Source of the DNA: Bacteroidota bacterium
GTDB lineage: Bacteria > Bacteroidota > Bacteroidia > Bacteroidales > JABHKC01
Assembly (NCBI GenBank): GCA_018692315.1
Contig: JABHKC010000248.1
Coordinates: forward strand, 2,505-66,504
Length of the DNA: 64,000 nucleotides
Direction: 5' to 3'
Shown: positions 39,584 to 53,071 of the stretch, piece after piece
Position numbering within the stretch: the stretch's first letter is position 1
Layout: each line of letters opens with the position of its first letter
Position numbers and translations under genes: made by a program
Notes under the pieces: generated by a model
Databases searched by the model: none
What the model was told of the DNA's origin: nothing
What the model saw: the letters and a program-made list of their open reading frames with translations, nothing else

Positions 39584-40286
39584 TGATGAACTCCTAGCAC
39601 GGCAGTATGTTGTGGATTACATTCACAAACTTCCATACCTGGATTTAGTCGGTGACTATAATTCACCTTTAAAGGCAATTGATTTGATTAAATCAGGAAA
39701 GATTGATTTAATGTATCTGGATATTCAAATGCCGGAAATGTCAGGTCTTGATTTTATTAGGACCCTAGTAAATCCTCCTTATGTAATTATAACTTCTGCT
39801 TTCAAGGAGTTTGCGATTGATGGTTATGAGCTTAATGTATGTGATTATTTACTTAAGCCATTCTCATTTGAACGTTTCGTTTCTGCCACAAATAAAGTAC
39901 TTGCGTTAAAGGAGACCTCTTTTCATGATAGTAAACCTCAGAGTAATTTGCAATCAGAAACCACACTTCATGATGATTATCTGGTAATAAGAGCAGACCG
40001 CAAGCATTACAAAATAAATTATGATGATTTAGTTTACGTTGAAGGTCAAAAGGCATATGTAACTTTTCACACAATAAACAAACGTATTACTGCTCTGGTC
40101 TCACTTAAAGAACTTGAAGAAAAGCTGCCAAGTACAAACTTTATCAGAATACATAAATCATATATTGTTTCAATAAAAAAGATTGATACCCTGGAGGGAA
40201 ACTTAATTGAAATTGTTGGGACTAAGTTGCCAGTCGGTAAAAATTACCGAAAGGATATAGCTAATTTATTTGATTTGGATGGTTGA
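39558..40286 (+). CDS. LytTR-family DNA-binding response regulator
   Basis: Receiver domain (IVIDDE..., phospho-acceptor in DLMYLDIQMPEMSG, KP). C-terminal LytTR domain (FIRIHKSYIVSIKKI). Overlaps the kinase gene's end. Confidence 0.92.
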   Translation: MILRCIVIDDELLARQYVVDYIHKLPYLDLVGDYNSPLKAIDLIKSGKIDLMYLDIQMPEMSGLDFIRTLVNPPYVIITSAFKEFAIDGYELNVCDYLLKPFSFERFVSATNKVLALKETSFHDSKPQSNLQSETTLHDDYLVIRADRKHYKINYDDLVYVEGQKAYVTFHTINKRITALVSLKELEEKLPSTNFIRIHKSYIVSIKKIDTLEGNLIEIVGTKLPVGKNYRKDIANLFDLDG

Positions 40287-40653
40287 ATCGTTGTGGCATA
40301 AAAGAAAGACACCATTAATGAAGAATTGAAATCAATTGTAAAAAGAATATTTAAATAATATTACAAGCTGAGAAATGAGTCTTATTATTAATCCAGTGGT
40401 TGGAATCGTACCTTAGATTAGAGTAAGGTTAAGTAGTAATTAAAATTATATTTGAAACACTTAAAGATTTAAAAAAGTATCCACAAATTCCGATAATATA
40501 TGCAGATATTTTTTGTAAAAATTGATATTTATAAGTTTCAAGTGTGGGATAAATTACTTATTCACTTGCTTTAAAATTTATGTTTGAAAGTTAAAGATTA
40601 TACCCACCCAAATAAAAATATTTCTTTTTTTTATCTACAACGACTAATATTAT

Positions 40654-40661
40654 TAGTTTTG
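40654..40661 (+). promoter_or_regulatory. -7 promoter box TAGTTTTG upstream of dxs
   Basis: Exact TAnnTTTG match 28 nt upstream of the ATG at 40690. It lies in the right half of an interrupted inverted repeat (40635-40664). Confidence 0.35.
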
Positions 40662-40689
40662 TAGCGATGTTTGAAGTTTATATAAGTAT

Positions 40690-42597
40690 ATGGCAGCAAT
40701 AGCTGGAGATTTGTTAGAAAAAATAGTCTTACCTTCTGATTTAAGGCTACTTGAAAAAAGCGAATTATTGCAAGTTTGTAAAGAATTACGCCAATTTATC
40801 ATTGATGAGGTGTCAAATAATCCTGGTCATTTTGGTGCAAGTCTCGGAGTTGTTGAATTGACTGTTGCTCTACATTATGTGTTTAACACTCCATACGACC
40901 AGATTGTATGGGATGTTGGCCATCAAGCATATGGGCATAAAATTTTAACTGGTAGAAGAGAACTTTTTCATACAAATCGCAAATATAAAGGTATTAGCGG
41001 TTTCCCGAATATTAGCGAAAGCGAATACGATTCGTTCGGAGTAGGTCATTCTTCAACATCTATTTCTGCAGCTTTAGGAATGGCAATTGCAGCAAAACTT
41101 AATAAAGAAGATAAGCAAGTTGTTGCAGTTATTGGCGATGGATCAATGACAGCTGGTCTGGCTTTCGAGGGATTAAATAATGCTGGTATTGAAAAATCGA
41201 ATATTCTTATAATCCTGAACGACAACAAAATGGCAATTGACCCAAATGCCGGAGCCTTAAAGGATTATTTGTTAGATATTACCACATCTTCGACCTACAA
41301 CAAATTCAGAAACGAGGTATGGAATCTTCTTGGGAAATTGAATAAATTGGGTCCCGATACTAGATCTTTAGTTCAAAAAATAGAAGGAGGATTGAAATCG
41401 ATGCTGCTAAAGCAAAGTAATTTATTCGAAGCATTTCATTTCAGATATTTTGGACCAGTCGATGGGCATGATATTAACTCTTTAGTAAATGTTCTAAAAG
41501 ATTTAAAGAAAATAAAAGGCCCAAAACTTCTTCATATTCAAACAACAAAAGGAAAAGGCTTTGAATTGGCAGAACTACATCAAACAAAATGGCATCATGC
41601 ACCAGGGAAATTTAATATCAAAACAGGAGAATTAATTGAGAATTCATCTTCTGAAAATGTTGCACCAAAATATCAAGATGTTTTTGGACATACATTGGTA
41701 GAACTTGCCGAAAAAAATGAAAAAATTGTTGGAATTACCCCAGCAATGCCATCGGGATGCTCAATGAATATTATGATGAAAAAAATGCCAGACAGAGCAT
41801 TTGATGTAGGCATAGCAGAACAACATGCTGTAACATTCTCGGCAGGATTGTCAATACAAAACTTACTCCCATTTTGCAATATATATTCAAGTTTTATGCA
41901 AAGAGCCTACGATCAGGTAATCCACGATGTAGCATTGCAAAATTTGAATGTGGTATTTTGCCTCGATAGGGCTGGGCTGGTTGGCTCTGATGGAGCAACT
42001 CATCATGGTGCATACGATTTGGCGTATATGCGACTCATACCAAATTTAACAATAGCATCGCCTTTGAATGAAACTGAATTGAGAAACTTAATGTTTACAG
42101 CTCAATTAGAAAACAAAGGACCATTTGTGATAAGGTATCCGCGCGGAAATGGCGAAAATCCAGATTGGCAAAAATCCTTCAAGGAAATTCCTGTTGGCAA
42201 AGGGCAGCAGATAAAAAATGGAAACGACATAGCAATTTTAACTATCGGTCCTGTTGGAAATATGGCTGTTCAAGCAAGCGAAAGTTCTTTATTAGAAAAT
42301 ATTTCAGTTGCTGTTTTCGACATGCGTTTTGTAAAACCAATAGATACAAAATTACTACATCAGATTTTTTCTAAATTTGACAAAATAATTACAATCGAAG
42401 ATGGGACAATAATTGGTGGATTCGGAAGTGCAATTCTTGAATTTAAGAATAAATATAATTATTCTTCAGAAATTAAAATTCTTGGCATCCCTGATAATTT
42501 TATTGAGCACGGTACGCAAAAAGAATTATACAAAGAATGCAAGTTCGATGAAGCAAGTATTATTAATACCATTAGGCATTTCGCAATTTCCAAATAG
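40690..42597 (+). CDS. dxs: 1-deoxy-D-xylulose-5-phosphate synthase
   Basis: 635 aa. Motifs: [35 protein letters not shown]-binding [27 protein letters not shown]. Confidence 0.97.
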   Translation: MAAIAGDLLEKIVLPSDLRLLEKSELLQVCKELRQFIIDEVSNNPGHFGASLGVVELTVALHYVFNTPYDQIVWDVGHQAYGHKILTGRRELFHTNRKYKGISGFPNISESEYDSFGVGHSSTSISAALGMAIAAKLNKEDKQVVAVIGDGSMTAGLAFEGLNNAGIEKSNILIILNDNKMAIDPNAGALKDYLLDITTSSTYNKFRNEVWNLLGKLNKLGPDTRSLVQKIEGGLKSMLLKQSNLFEAFHFRYFGPVDGHDINSLVNVLKDLKKIKGPKLLHIQTTKGKGFELAELHQTKWHHAPGKFNIKTGELIENSSSENVAPKYQDVFGHTLVELAEKNEKIVGITPAMPSGCSMNIMMKKMPDRAFDVGIAEQHAVTFSAGLSIQNLLPFCNIYSSFMQRAYDQVIHDVALQNLNVVFCLDRAGLVGSDGATHHGAYDLAYMRLIPNLTIASPLNETELRNLMFTAQLENKGPFVIRYPRGNGENPDWQKSFKEIPVGKGQQIKNGNDIAILTIGPVGNMAVQASESSLLENISVAVFDMRFVKPIDTKLLHQIFSKFDKIITIEDGTIIGGFGSAILEFKNKYNYSSEIKILGIPDNFIEHGTQKELYKECKFDEASIINTIRHFAISK

Positions 42598-42753
42598 TAT
42601 TTCTCTAAAAATCATTTATTCTTAAATTGGTTGTTAGAATTTGTATATAAATAAAATCATTAGCAGTCCCTCGCTTTTTATAAATTCTAATATTTTTCTT
42701 TAAAAATAATATTATCTTAGCATTTGATTATTTTAACGAAAATTGAGATTATA

Positions 42754-43587
42754 ATGAACATTTCTTACTCTTCAATAGTTAAAAAATTTGATAAAAAAGA
42801 AAAACTAATCAAATACTTCTTTCTTATAGCTATTTTTGCATGTACAGCCTGCCAGTCGGGCAACAATGAAACAAAAAAACTTGAACAAAAAGAACTATTG
42901 ATTTATTGTGGTATTACCATGATAAAACCTATGACAGAGATTAAAGAAATAATTGAAGTTCAGGAAAACTGTAAAATAGTAATTACAAAAGGAGGATCGG
43001 GAAATCTGCTAAAAGCAATAATTCACAATAAAAATGGAGATTTATTCCTTCCAGGTTCCGATGCCTATTATACCAAAATTGAAAAAGAATCTCCCGGAAT
43101 CATAGACGATACTGTTTTTGTTGGTTATAATAAAGCAGCAATAATGATTCAAAAAGATAATCCTCTAAATATTAGTAACGACTTAAGTAATTTGACAGAT
43201 AAAAAATATTCTGTTGTGATTGGAAATCCGGAGAGTGGTAGCATAGGAAAAGAAACAAAAAAAATATTGGATAGAAAGGGAATTTTCGAGCAAGTAGAAA
43301 ACAACGCTCTAAAGCTGACTACCGACTCAAAAGACCTTGTAAGGGTTTTAATTGAAAATGAAGCAGATATTGTAATCAATTGGTTTGCAACTTCTACATG
43401 GGACGAAAACAAAAATTATATTGATGTTTTACCAATTGAAAAGCAATTTGCTAAGAAGAAAAAATTAGTCATCGGTCTTTTAAAAACTTCGGAATATCCT
43501 GAAATTGCGAAAAAATTTATGTTATTTGCCGCATCAGAGCAAGGGAAAGAAATATTTAGGAAATATGGCCTATATAACGTAAAATAA
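42754..43587 (+). CDS. ModA/TupA-like (type II periplasmic binding fold) lipoprotein, orphan
   Basis: Lipobox FACTAC. LLIYCGITM...ITKGGSGNLLKAI...GDLFLPGSDAY...VIGNPESGSIG...ADIVINW resembles molybdate/tungstate-type substrate-binding proteins. No ABC permease or ATPase genes are nearby. The ATG at 42754 is preferred over the TTG at 42724. Confidence 0.65.
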   Translation: MNISYSSIVKKFDKKEKLIKYFFLIAIFACTACQSGNNETKKLEQKELLIYCGITMIKPMTEIKEIIEVQENCKIVITKGGSGNLLKAIIHNKNGDLFLPGSDAYYTKIEKESPGIIDDTVFVGYNKAAIMIQKDNPLNISNDLSNLTDKKYSVVIGNPESGSIGKETKKILDRKGIFEQVENNALKLTTDSKDLVRVLIENEADIVINWFATSTWDENKNYIDVLPIEKQFAKKKKLVIGLLKTSEYPEIAKKFMLFAASEQGKEIFRKYGLYNVK

Positions 43588-43623
43588 TTTCATCAATTAA
43601 ATGTCAAATTAAATAAAAAAATT

Positions 43624-46746
<3,123 letters not shown>

Positions 46747-46783
46747 CAATAATTTGAAATTTGTATAGACTAAAACTTTAGTA

Positions 46784-48982
46784 ATGAAGAAACATCAAGT
46801 TAATTTTGAGGAAAATTCATTGGTTTCATGTATTTCTCAAATAATTTTATTTTTCATATTATATATAACTCCATCATATAAAGAAAATCATCCATCAGAA
46901 CATTTTTTGACAATAATAACATTTTTGTCAATTATTGGGTTTCGTATTTTTCTAATATTCATTGCAAAAAATACTATAAAGTATGAAAAACTAACAATTT
47001 TTGCAATATTACTTTCCTCGTTTTTTTGGTCTATTCTTTTTTTATTAGAACTTCTTTATGCAAGTGAACTGTCTCCAAAAATCTTCATGCTCCCAATACT
47101 TATTGTTGGTACTGGGGCTGCCGGTGCTTTCAGCATGTATAAAAGATTATCTTTAGTTATCTTAAATCTAACATTCCTAATAATACCTTCTATAATATAT
47201 TCGTATTTTTTTTTCCCTGATTTTCCGATAATAATTTCTATTTCATTTCTGCTATTTTTTGCATTTATGGCTATCTATGCAAAAAAATATAATAGTACTT
47301 GGAATTTATTTCTTGAAGAGAAAAAGCTTAGCGAAGATAGAGCAAACAAACTAAGACAAAACAAAATTGAGCTTGAAGAAAATAATAAAACTTTAGGCAA
47401 AGCTCTTTCTGCTGCTAAGTTAGGAATGAAAACTAAAAGCGAATTTCTTGCCAAAATGAGCCATGAAATTAGGACTCCAATGAACGGAATTATAGGAGCT
47501 ACAGAAATTCTCATTCACTCGAAACTTGATGATGAACAAAAAAATATGCTCTCAATTATCAATCGTTCAGGAAATTCACTATTAACTTTAATAAATGACA
47601 TTTTAGATTTCTCAAAAATTGAAGCAGGAAAACTCGAAATCGAAAATTTCACTTTCAATCTTAGAGAGCTATTAGACAGTATTATCGACCAGTTCGCAAT
47701 AAAAATAAATGAAAAAAAATTAGAATTAATCAGTCATATTTCAAGTGAAGTCCCGCAATTCATAATTGGCGACGAATCAAGATTAATGCAAATATTATTA
47801 AACCTTATCAGCAATGCCATAAAATTCACCCAAGAAGGTGATGTATTCATAAGAATTGAGCTTGAAAATATCCATATAAATACTGCATCTGTGCATTTTT
47901 TAATAGCCGATAGCGGCATAGGAATTCCAAAAGAAAAACTCGATTTAATTTTTGAATCTTTCACTCAGGCTGATGGTTCAACGAGCAGAAAATATGGAGG
48001 AACGGGATTAGGAACAACAATCTCTAAAATGCTGGTTGAATTAATGAATGGAAATATTTGGGTCGAAAGCCCAAATCCAAAATATGCCGAAAATGCAGAT
48101 TATCCCGGATCGGTATTTCATTTTATCATTCCTTTCGGAATTAATTTCAGCGAAGACCACAATAAACAAATTTTACCTATTGATATTAGCAACAAAAAAG
48201 TAATTCTTGTTGATGATAATGAAACTAATTTATTTGTTTTGAGGGAAATATTAAAAACCTGGAATCTGAAATCTACTTGTTTTGAAGATCCAGAAGAAGC
48301 ATTAGTTGAAATTGAAAAAGAAGAAAATAAAGGGAAGGGCTACGAACTGATGTTTTTAGATTATAATATGCCAAAAATAAATGGTTTTCAGTTGATTGAA
48401 AAACTAAAAACTAAAAATTTACACAAAACTTTAGACATTGTAATGCTTTCGTCCGACAATGTTTCGGTCAGCAAATCGAAATGTCATGAACTTAAGATAT
48501 TTGAATGCACTTATAAACCAATTAAGCAATCTCGAATCTTTGAAATTTTAAAAAATCTTTATTGCACAACTGAAATTGTAAAGCCAATTGTAGTTGATGA
48601 AAACGTTGTTCCTTTAGCGATTAGAAAACCATTAAATATTTTGCTTGCGGAAGATAATCTTATCAACCAAAAAATTGCGGAAAAAATATTCGCCCGTTTA
48701 GATTATTCAATCACAATTGTTTCTAATGGCTTGGAAGCAGTCGAGAAAATGGAAGAAAACAATTATGATGTAATTTTTATGGACGTTCAAATGCCGGTAA
48801 TGTCCGGAATTGATGCTACAAAAGAATTACGGCAAAAAAAATATGAAACAATTATAGTGGCACTCACTGCTAATGCAATGAAAGGAGATAGAGAAAAATG
48901 TATTGCTGCCGGAATGAACGATTATATTGTAAAACCGTTTAAAACAGAAAATATTGAAGTAATCGTAAACAAATGGTTTTAA
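46784..48982 (+). CDS. hybrid sensor histidine kinase with polytopic membrane sensor, HisKA-HATPase and two receiver domains (paralog of preceding gene)
   Basis: 732 aa with ~6 N-terminal TM helices. The H-box [18 protein letters not shown] and the block [43 protein letters not shown] are near-identical to the upstream kinase. Two REC domains (MFLDYNMP, IFMDVQMP). Confidence 0.9.
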   Translation: MKKHQVNFEENSLVSCISQIILFFILYITPSYKENHPSEHFLTIITFLSIIGFRIFLIFIAKNTIKYEKLTIFAILLSSFFWSILFLLELLYASELSPKIFMLPILIVGTGAAGAFSMYKRLSLVILNLTFLIIPSIIYSYFFFPDFPIIISISFLLFFAFMAIYAKKYNSTWNLFLEEKKLSEDRANKLRQNKIELEENNKTLGKALSAAKLGMKTKSEFLAKMSHEIRTPMNGIIGATEILIHSKLDDEQKNMLSIINRSGNSLLTLINDILDFSKIEAGKLEIENFTFNLRELLDSIIDQFAIKINEKKLELISHISSEVPQFIIGDESRLMQILLNLISNAIKFTQEGDVFIRIELENIHINTASVHFLIADSGIGIPKEKLDLIFESFTQADGSTSRKYGGTGLGTTISKMLVELMNGNIWVESPNPKYAENADYPGSVFHFIIPFGINFSEDHNKQILPIDISNKKVILVDDNETNLFVLREILKTWNLKSTCFEDPEEALVEIEKEENKGKGYELMFLDYNMPKINGFQLIEKLKTKNLHKTLDIVMLSSDNVSVSKSKCHELKIFECTYKPIKQSRIFEILKNLYCTTEIVKPIVVDENVVPLAIRKPLNILLAEDNLINQKIAEKIFARLDYSITIVSNGLEAVEKMEENNYDVIFMDVQMPVMSGIDATKELRQKKYETIIVALTANAMKGDREKCIAAGMNDYIVKPFKTENIEVIVNKWF

Positions 48983-49114
48983 GAATTATTTCAATTTTTT
49001 GATATTACTCCCAAGCTTTTTCCAGACAAAAGAATCATTTATCGATCGTTCCTCAAACAATTAATGATTTGAGTTTCAGTAAATTTGCAAGAAATTCGAA
49101 AGGCCTGCTTAGTC

Positions 49115-52100
49115 CTAATTTGCAGGATAGTATAAAGTATCCGCCAAATTCATTTTGACTTGATAGCCTTCTCCTGTGTTCATGTTCCCAATAAGATTGA
49201 CACCATATTGAGGATAATAAACTTGTCCCAAACCATTTTTTACAATTTCAATATTTAAGTCAATTGAACTAAGCATAGTAGAAATCGGAGCGGAATTGTT
49301 TCGAAGATAACCCAAATAGCTCCAGCCAAGTGGTATATTTATGGCTGTGTTTTCAGGAATAGCAGCATTTCCTTCAATTTCAATAATCTGAGATGAATTT
49401 GTTTTAATCTGATATCCCTCGCCAAGAATAAGATTTCCTATTAGGTTTACACCAAATTGTGGATAATAAACACTACCCAAACCATTTTTTACTATAACAA
49501 CTTCTGAAACAATAGAACTAAAAATCGATTCAACATCAGAATAGAAGGGTTCAATATAAGTAGAAAAAATGCTCCAACCGGACACTAAATTTATAGTTTG
49601 AATATCTGAACTGCTTGCAATTAGAGAGCTTAGTCCGCTAATTCCATTTATTGCATATGTGTTAGTATTCAAATATCCGGAAGTAAAATATGAAGCCTCT
49701 GCAAGGTATTCTTCACCCTCAGAAACATCAAATAATTTCCATTTAAAAATTTCGCCATTTACAAAACCATCATTGCCGAGATATTCGCCCCAAGCGGTGA
49801 TCGCATCAGTTGAGCCTTGCCAAATATAATAACCTCCACAAGCTATAGTTCCGAGCGAATCAAAAAATACTCCAATATAATCTCCATTTGAAATTTGAAC
49901 GCCATCTATAGTAATTGGAATTGTGTTTTGAATCAGAATAGTGTGATTGTTACCGGTATTCGAATATGTCCAATTAGGAGAATATGTAGTAACAGTAAGC
50001 GAAGCAAGAGCACTAATTCCATTTATTTGAAAAGTATTAGTATTTGGAAATCCTGTAGTTTGATAACTTGCTTCTGCAATATATTCTGTAGAAGTAGATT
50101 CGTCCCATATTTTCCAAACAAATTCTTCGCCTGCAATAAATCCATCGTTTCCCAGATATTCGCCCCAGGCAGTAATTGCATCGTTTGCTCCAGCCCACAT
50201 CAAATATCCGGCACAAGCCAAATTGCCAAGCGAATCGTAAAACACTCCAATATAATCTCCAGCATCAACCGGAATATTGTTTATTGAAATTTCTATGGTA
50301 TTAGCGAGCAAAATTGTATGATTGCTTCCTGTATTAGTGAATGTCCAAAGTGGAGAATTCAAAATGTTTTGTCCTTCGGGAACAACAACAGTTACTGTTT
50401 CGATACACAAATTATAATCTGAAACTGTAACAGTATAGCTTCCTGCCGAAATATTTTCTATATTTTGGGATGTTTCGCCATTCGACCACAAAAATGTAAA
50501 TGGGAAAAAACCGCCGGAAACACTTATATCAATTCCGCCATCGTTTCCTCCAAAATTTGTAATTTCATTTACATTAAACGTCAAACTCAATTCTAATGGT
50601 TGAGAAATTGCAATATTTTCTGATACAGAAATAGAATTATTATCAGTAACTGTAATGAAATAATTTCCGGCAACCAGATTTGAAATATCTTCTAAGCCAG
50701 ATGAAAAGCCATTGGGACCACTCCATTGGTATGAAAACGGTGGAATCCCACCAACTACAATTAAATCTATGGCTCCATCGGCGTTTCCAAAACAAGAAAC
50801 TTGCGATGATGAATATGTTATTATAGGAGCATTATTTATTACGTTTATATTGTAATCTTCTACTTCGCCATAGCTTGTTGATCCACAAGCAGAAAAGGTT
50901 CCGGTATATGAGATTCTAACTCTCATTTTTGTATTTCCTAAAATAGCATCAGTCGGTACAGAAATGCTTCCGCTAAAAGAAGTAAATCCACCGGATATTG
51001 TGATTGTTTCGTTCGTATCATCAAAATCGTAATCCTGATTCCAATCTATCCAAACACCACATTGGTCACCAGAATATGGACTTCCGTTTGTAATAGTTAT
51101 AGCGTAAGAATTATTTATTTCTAAATCGGTCGAAATAGTCGAAAAATCTGTGTAACCACCAGTACCACAAGCCGAAGAATTGCTGATAGTATTCAAATTC
51201 ACATTGCTAATATATTCATCGCACTGCAAGCTTCCGGAAACACAATATGGCGAGTTCGAAGGAGTAATTCCAATTATTGCACCCTGATCAAAAGTAAAAT
51301 TATAAGAACTGGGACTTAAACTCGACAAGTAGAAATATCCATCGTAAGATCCGCTCCAGCCAAAATTGAAATGAAAATATTCTGTTCCCTGATAGCCATC
51401 GCAAACAAAGGCATGTCCTGCTGTATTTCCAGAATCTTCGCCTCTGTAATAAACTGGTCTTGAGGCATCTAATTCGGCAACAATAGCAGTTTTCCAATCT
51501 GCGTCAGTATAATTACTTTTCATTATCATTTGTGCAGATGAGGAATAATTAAAATAATTTACAAAAGCTCCAACAGCGCTAAGCGAAGGAGCACCGGAGC
51601 CATCAGTCCCAAAATCCATATCCACTGAAACAGCACAATCGTAGAGCAGATTGGCAATCGCCGAATTGCTGGAATTAATGCTATTTGGCATTGCCGCCCA
51701 ATTGTAGCTTGAATTTGCAAAATTAACTGACTGTAAGCCATAGTCGGCGTGTGTGTATGAATAAGAACCTGTTCCTTGTGCCGGGTGTGCATGATATTTC
51801 ATTATTTGCCCCATAGTTGTAGCAACACAACCCGCAAAAACATGACCACATGCATACCATGGAGCTACTGCATCTGTCGGGCAGCTTTCGTTGTAGTAGC
51901 AATCCTGATTCCATGTTGTGCTAAGCAGTGGCGAAACCGCAGTTGTGCTTTTTGCAATTCCTCCATTTCTTGTTGAATATTCTTGCCAGGCTTCGGTAAT
52001 TTCTTGCGGAACAACTGTAATTTTTTCTTTTATGAAAACTATTTGTTTTTTGTAACTGTCAATAATCCAGCCGAATGCCGGAGGAGGATTGTTATTTTCG

Positions 52101-52417
52101 TATTTGCCTTTTGCAGAATAACCTAAAATTGGTATGGTTTTATCTTCGGCAGAAACTATGACAAATCCATCGTTTTCGAAATTGAAAATATAAATTAAAG
52201 TTTGCTGGATTTTATGGTTTTGTGAATTCGATTTTAATATAAATTCATTTTTTATGGAAACGGTTGCAGCTTTGTCAGAATTACATTCCAGCTTGTTTTG
52301 ATAGTGAAAGTTTTTGGCTACCTCTCTCGCTTTGTTAATATTAACTTCTTTTGCAATTGCTTTTGAAGCAAAAAATATAAGTGTTATTGATATAAAATAA
52401 ATATATAATCTGTTCAT
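49115..52417 (-). CDS. C10 family (streptopain/SpeB-like) cysteine peptidase with GEVED domain, SprB-type repeats and duplicated C-terminal domains
   Basis: Signal peptide and a propeptide-like N-terminus (INKAREVAKNF). Catalytic Cys block AGCVATTMGQIMKYH and His block AGHAFVCDGY. YGEVEDY (GEVED). Two repeats of the SCFG..DG.ID..V.GG..P(F)...WS type. Then the tandem domains listed below. Confidence 0.85.
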   Translation of the reverse strand: MNRLYIYFISITLIFFASKAIAKEVNINKAREVAKNFHYQNKLECNSDKAATVSIKNEFILKSNSQNHKIQQTLIYIFNFENDGFVIVSAEDKTIPILGYSAKGKYENNNPPPAFGWIIDSYKKQIVFIKEKITVVPQEITEAWQEYSTRNGGIAKSTTAVSPLLSTTWNQDCYYNESCPTDAVAPWYACGHVFAGCVATTMGQIMKYHAHPAQGTGSYSYTHADYGLQSVNFANSSYNWAAMPNSINSSNSAIANLLYDCAVSVDMDFGTDGSGAPSLSAVGAFVNYFNYSSSAQMIMKSNYTDADWKTAIVAELDASRPVYYRGEDSGNTAGHAFVCDGYQGTEYFHFNFGWSGSYDGYFYLSSLSPSSYNFTFDQGAIIGITPSNSPYCVSGSLQCDEYISNVNLNTISNSSACGTGGYTDFSTISTDLEINNSYAITITNGSPYSGDQCGVWIDWNQDYDFDDTNETITISGGFTSFSGSISVPTDAILGNTKMRVRISYTGTFSACGSTSYGEVEDYNINVINNAPIITYSSSQVSCFGNADGAIDLIVVGGIPPFSYQWSGPNGFSSGLEDISNLVAGNYFITVTDNNSISVSENIAISQPLELSLTFNVNEITNFGGNDGGIDISVSGGFFPFTFLWSNGETSQNIENISAGSYTVTVSDYNLCIETVTVVVPEGQNILNSPLWTFTNTGSNHTILLANTIEISINNIPVDAGDYIGVFYDSLGNLACAGYLMWAGANDAITAWGEYLGNDGFIAGEEFVWKIWDESTSTEYIAEASYQTTGFPNTNTFQINGISALASLTVTTYSPNWTYSNTGNNHTILIQNTIPITIDGVQISNGDYIGVFFDSLGTIACGGYYIWQGSTDAITAWGEYLGNDGFVNGEIFKWKLFDVSEGEEYLAEASYFTSGYLNTNTYAINGISGLSSLIASSSDIQTINLVSGWSIFSTYIEPFYSDVESIFSSIVSEVVIVKNGLGSVYYPQFGVNLIGNLILGEGYQIKTNSSQIIEIEGNAAIPENTAINIPLGWSYLGYLRNNSAPISTMLSSIDLNIEIVKNGLGQVYYPQYGVNLIGNMNTGEGYQVKMNLADTLYYPAN
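49118..49595 (-). repeat. intragenic tandem duplication, 2 x ~80 aa (252-nt period) at the C-terminus of the C10 protease gene
   Basis: INLVSGWSIF...VVIVKNGLGSVYYPQFGVNLIGNLILGEGYQIK aligns with INIPLGWSYL...IEIVKNGLGQVYYPQYGVNLIGNMNTGEGYQVK. Confidence 0.75.
49610..50360 (-). repeat. intragenic tandem duplication, 2 x ~125 aa (375-nt period) inside the C10 protease gene
   Basis: WTFTNTGSNHTILLANTIEISINNIPVDAGDYIGVFYDSLGNLACAGY...AWGEYLGNDGF aligns with WTYSNTGNNHTILIQNTIPITIDGVQISNGDYIGVFFDSLGTIACGGY...AWGEYLGNDGF. The two Trp codons lie at 50345-50347 and 49970-49972. Confidence 0.8.
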
Positions 52418-52555
52418 ATTTCAATTTTAAATTAGAATTGAATTACGCAATATTAGTTGAAAAGTTAGTAAATATAACTTTTTGTATAATATTTAACTTT
52501 TTACCCTATTTGAATAAATCAAAATCAATCAATCTTCAATTTTTAATGAAAATTT

Positions 52556-52792
52556 CTATGGCACCGCATCATGCCCATGTCCACCCCAAGGATTGCAGGA
52601 AACTATTCTTTTTAATGCAAGCCAGCCTCCTTTAAAAGGACCATGTTTTTTTATTGCTTGAATACTGTATGTTGAACAAGTTGGCGTATATCGGCAAGCA
52701 GCTGGAGTAATAGGAGAAATAAAATATTGATAAAATTTTACTAATCCTATAAAAAACTTACTTAATATCAATTTTATAAACCTTAAAATCAT
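52556..52792 (-). CDS. yidD: membrane protein insertion efficiency factor YidD
   Basis: 78 aa. [54 protein letters not shown] is the YidD/haemolytic-domain signature. Confidence 0.9.
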   Translation of the reverse strand: MILRFIKLILSKFFIGLVKFYQYFISPITPAACRYTPTCSTYSIQAIKKHGPFKGGWLALKRIVSCNPWGGHGHDAVP

Positions 52793-53071
52793 ATTTTATC
52801 AACTTACGAAAAAAGAAATTTGTGCAAAGTTGTTCGTTTCTATTTTAGCAAACAAAAATATTTCTCAATTTTAGCAAATGTTATTTTGAAACAAATTGCA
52901 ACTATTCAAAAATCTGCTCGATATTTATCAGGACAATTTTCAATAACAAAAAGTTTATATCTTTGCCGCCTGAAATTTTTTGGTGGTAATTAGATTTACT
53001 ACAAGCCATTCGTTGAATGGTTTTTTTTTGTAAAAAAATACAATGATTTGTAAAAAAATAAATATCATTAA

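Noticed and set aside
40287-40689. 403-bp region upstream of dxs containing a CTGAGA motif (about 40368), examined for a TPP riboswitch
   Set aside because: The rest of the THI-box (GGGG...ACCC pairing, CCTGATC..GG.TAAT) is absent, and dxs is not a typical TPP-riboswitch target.
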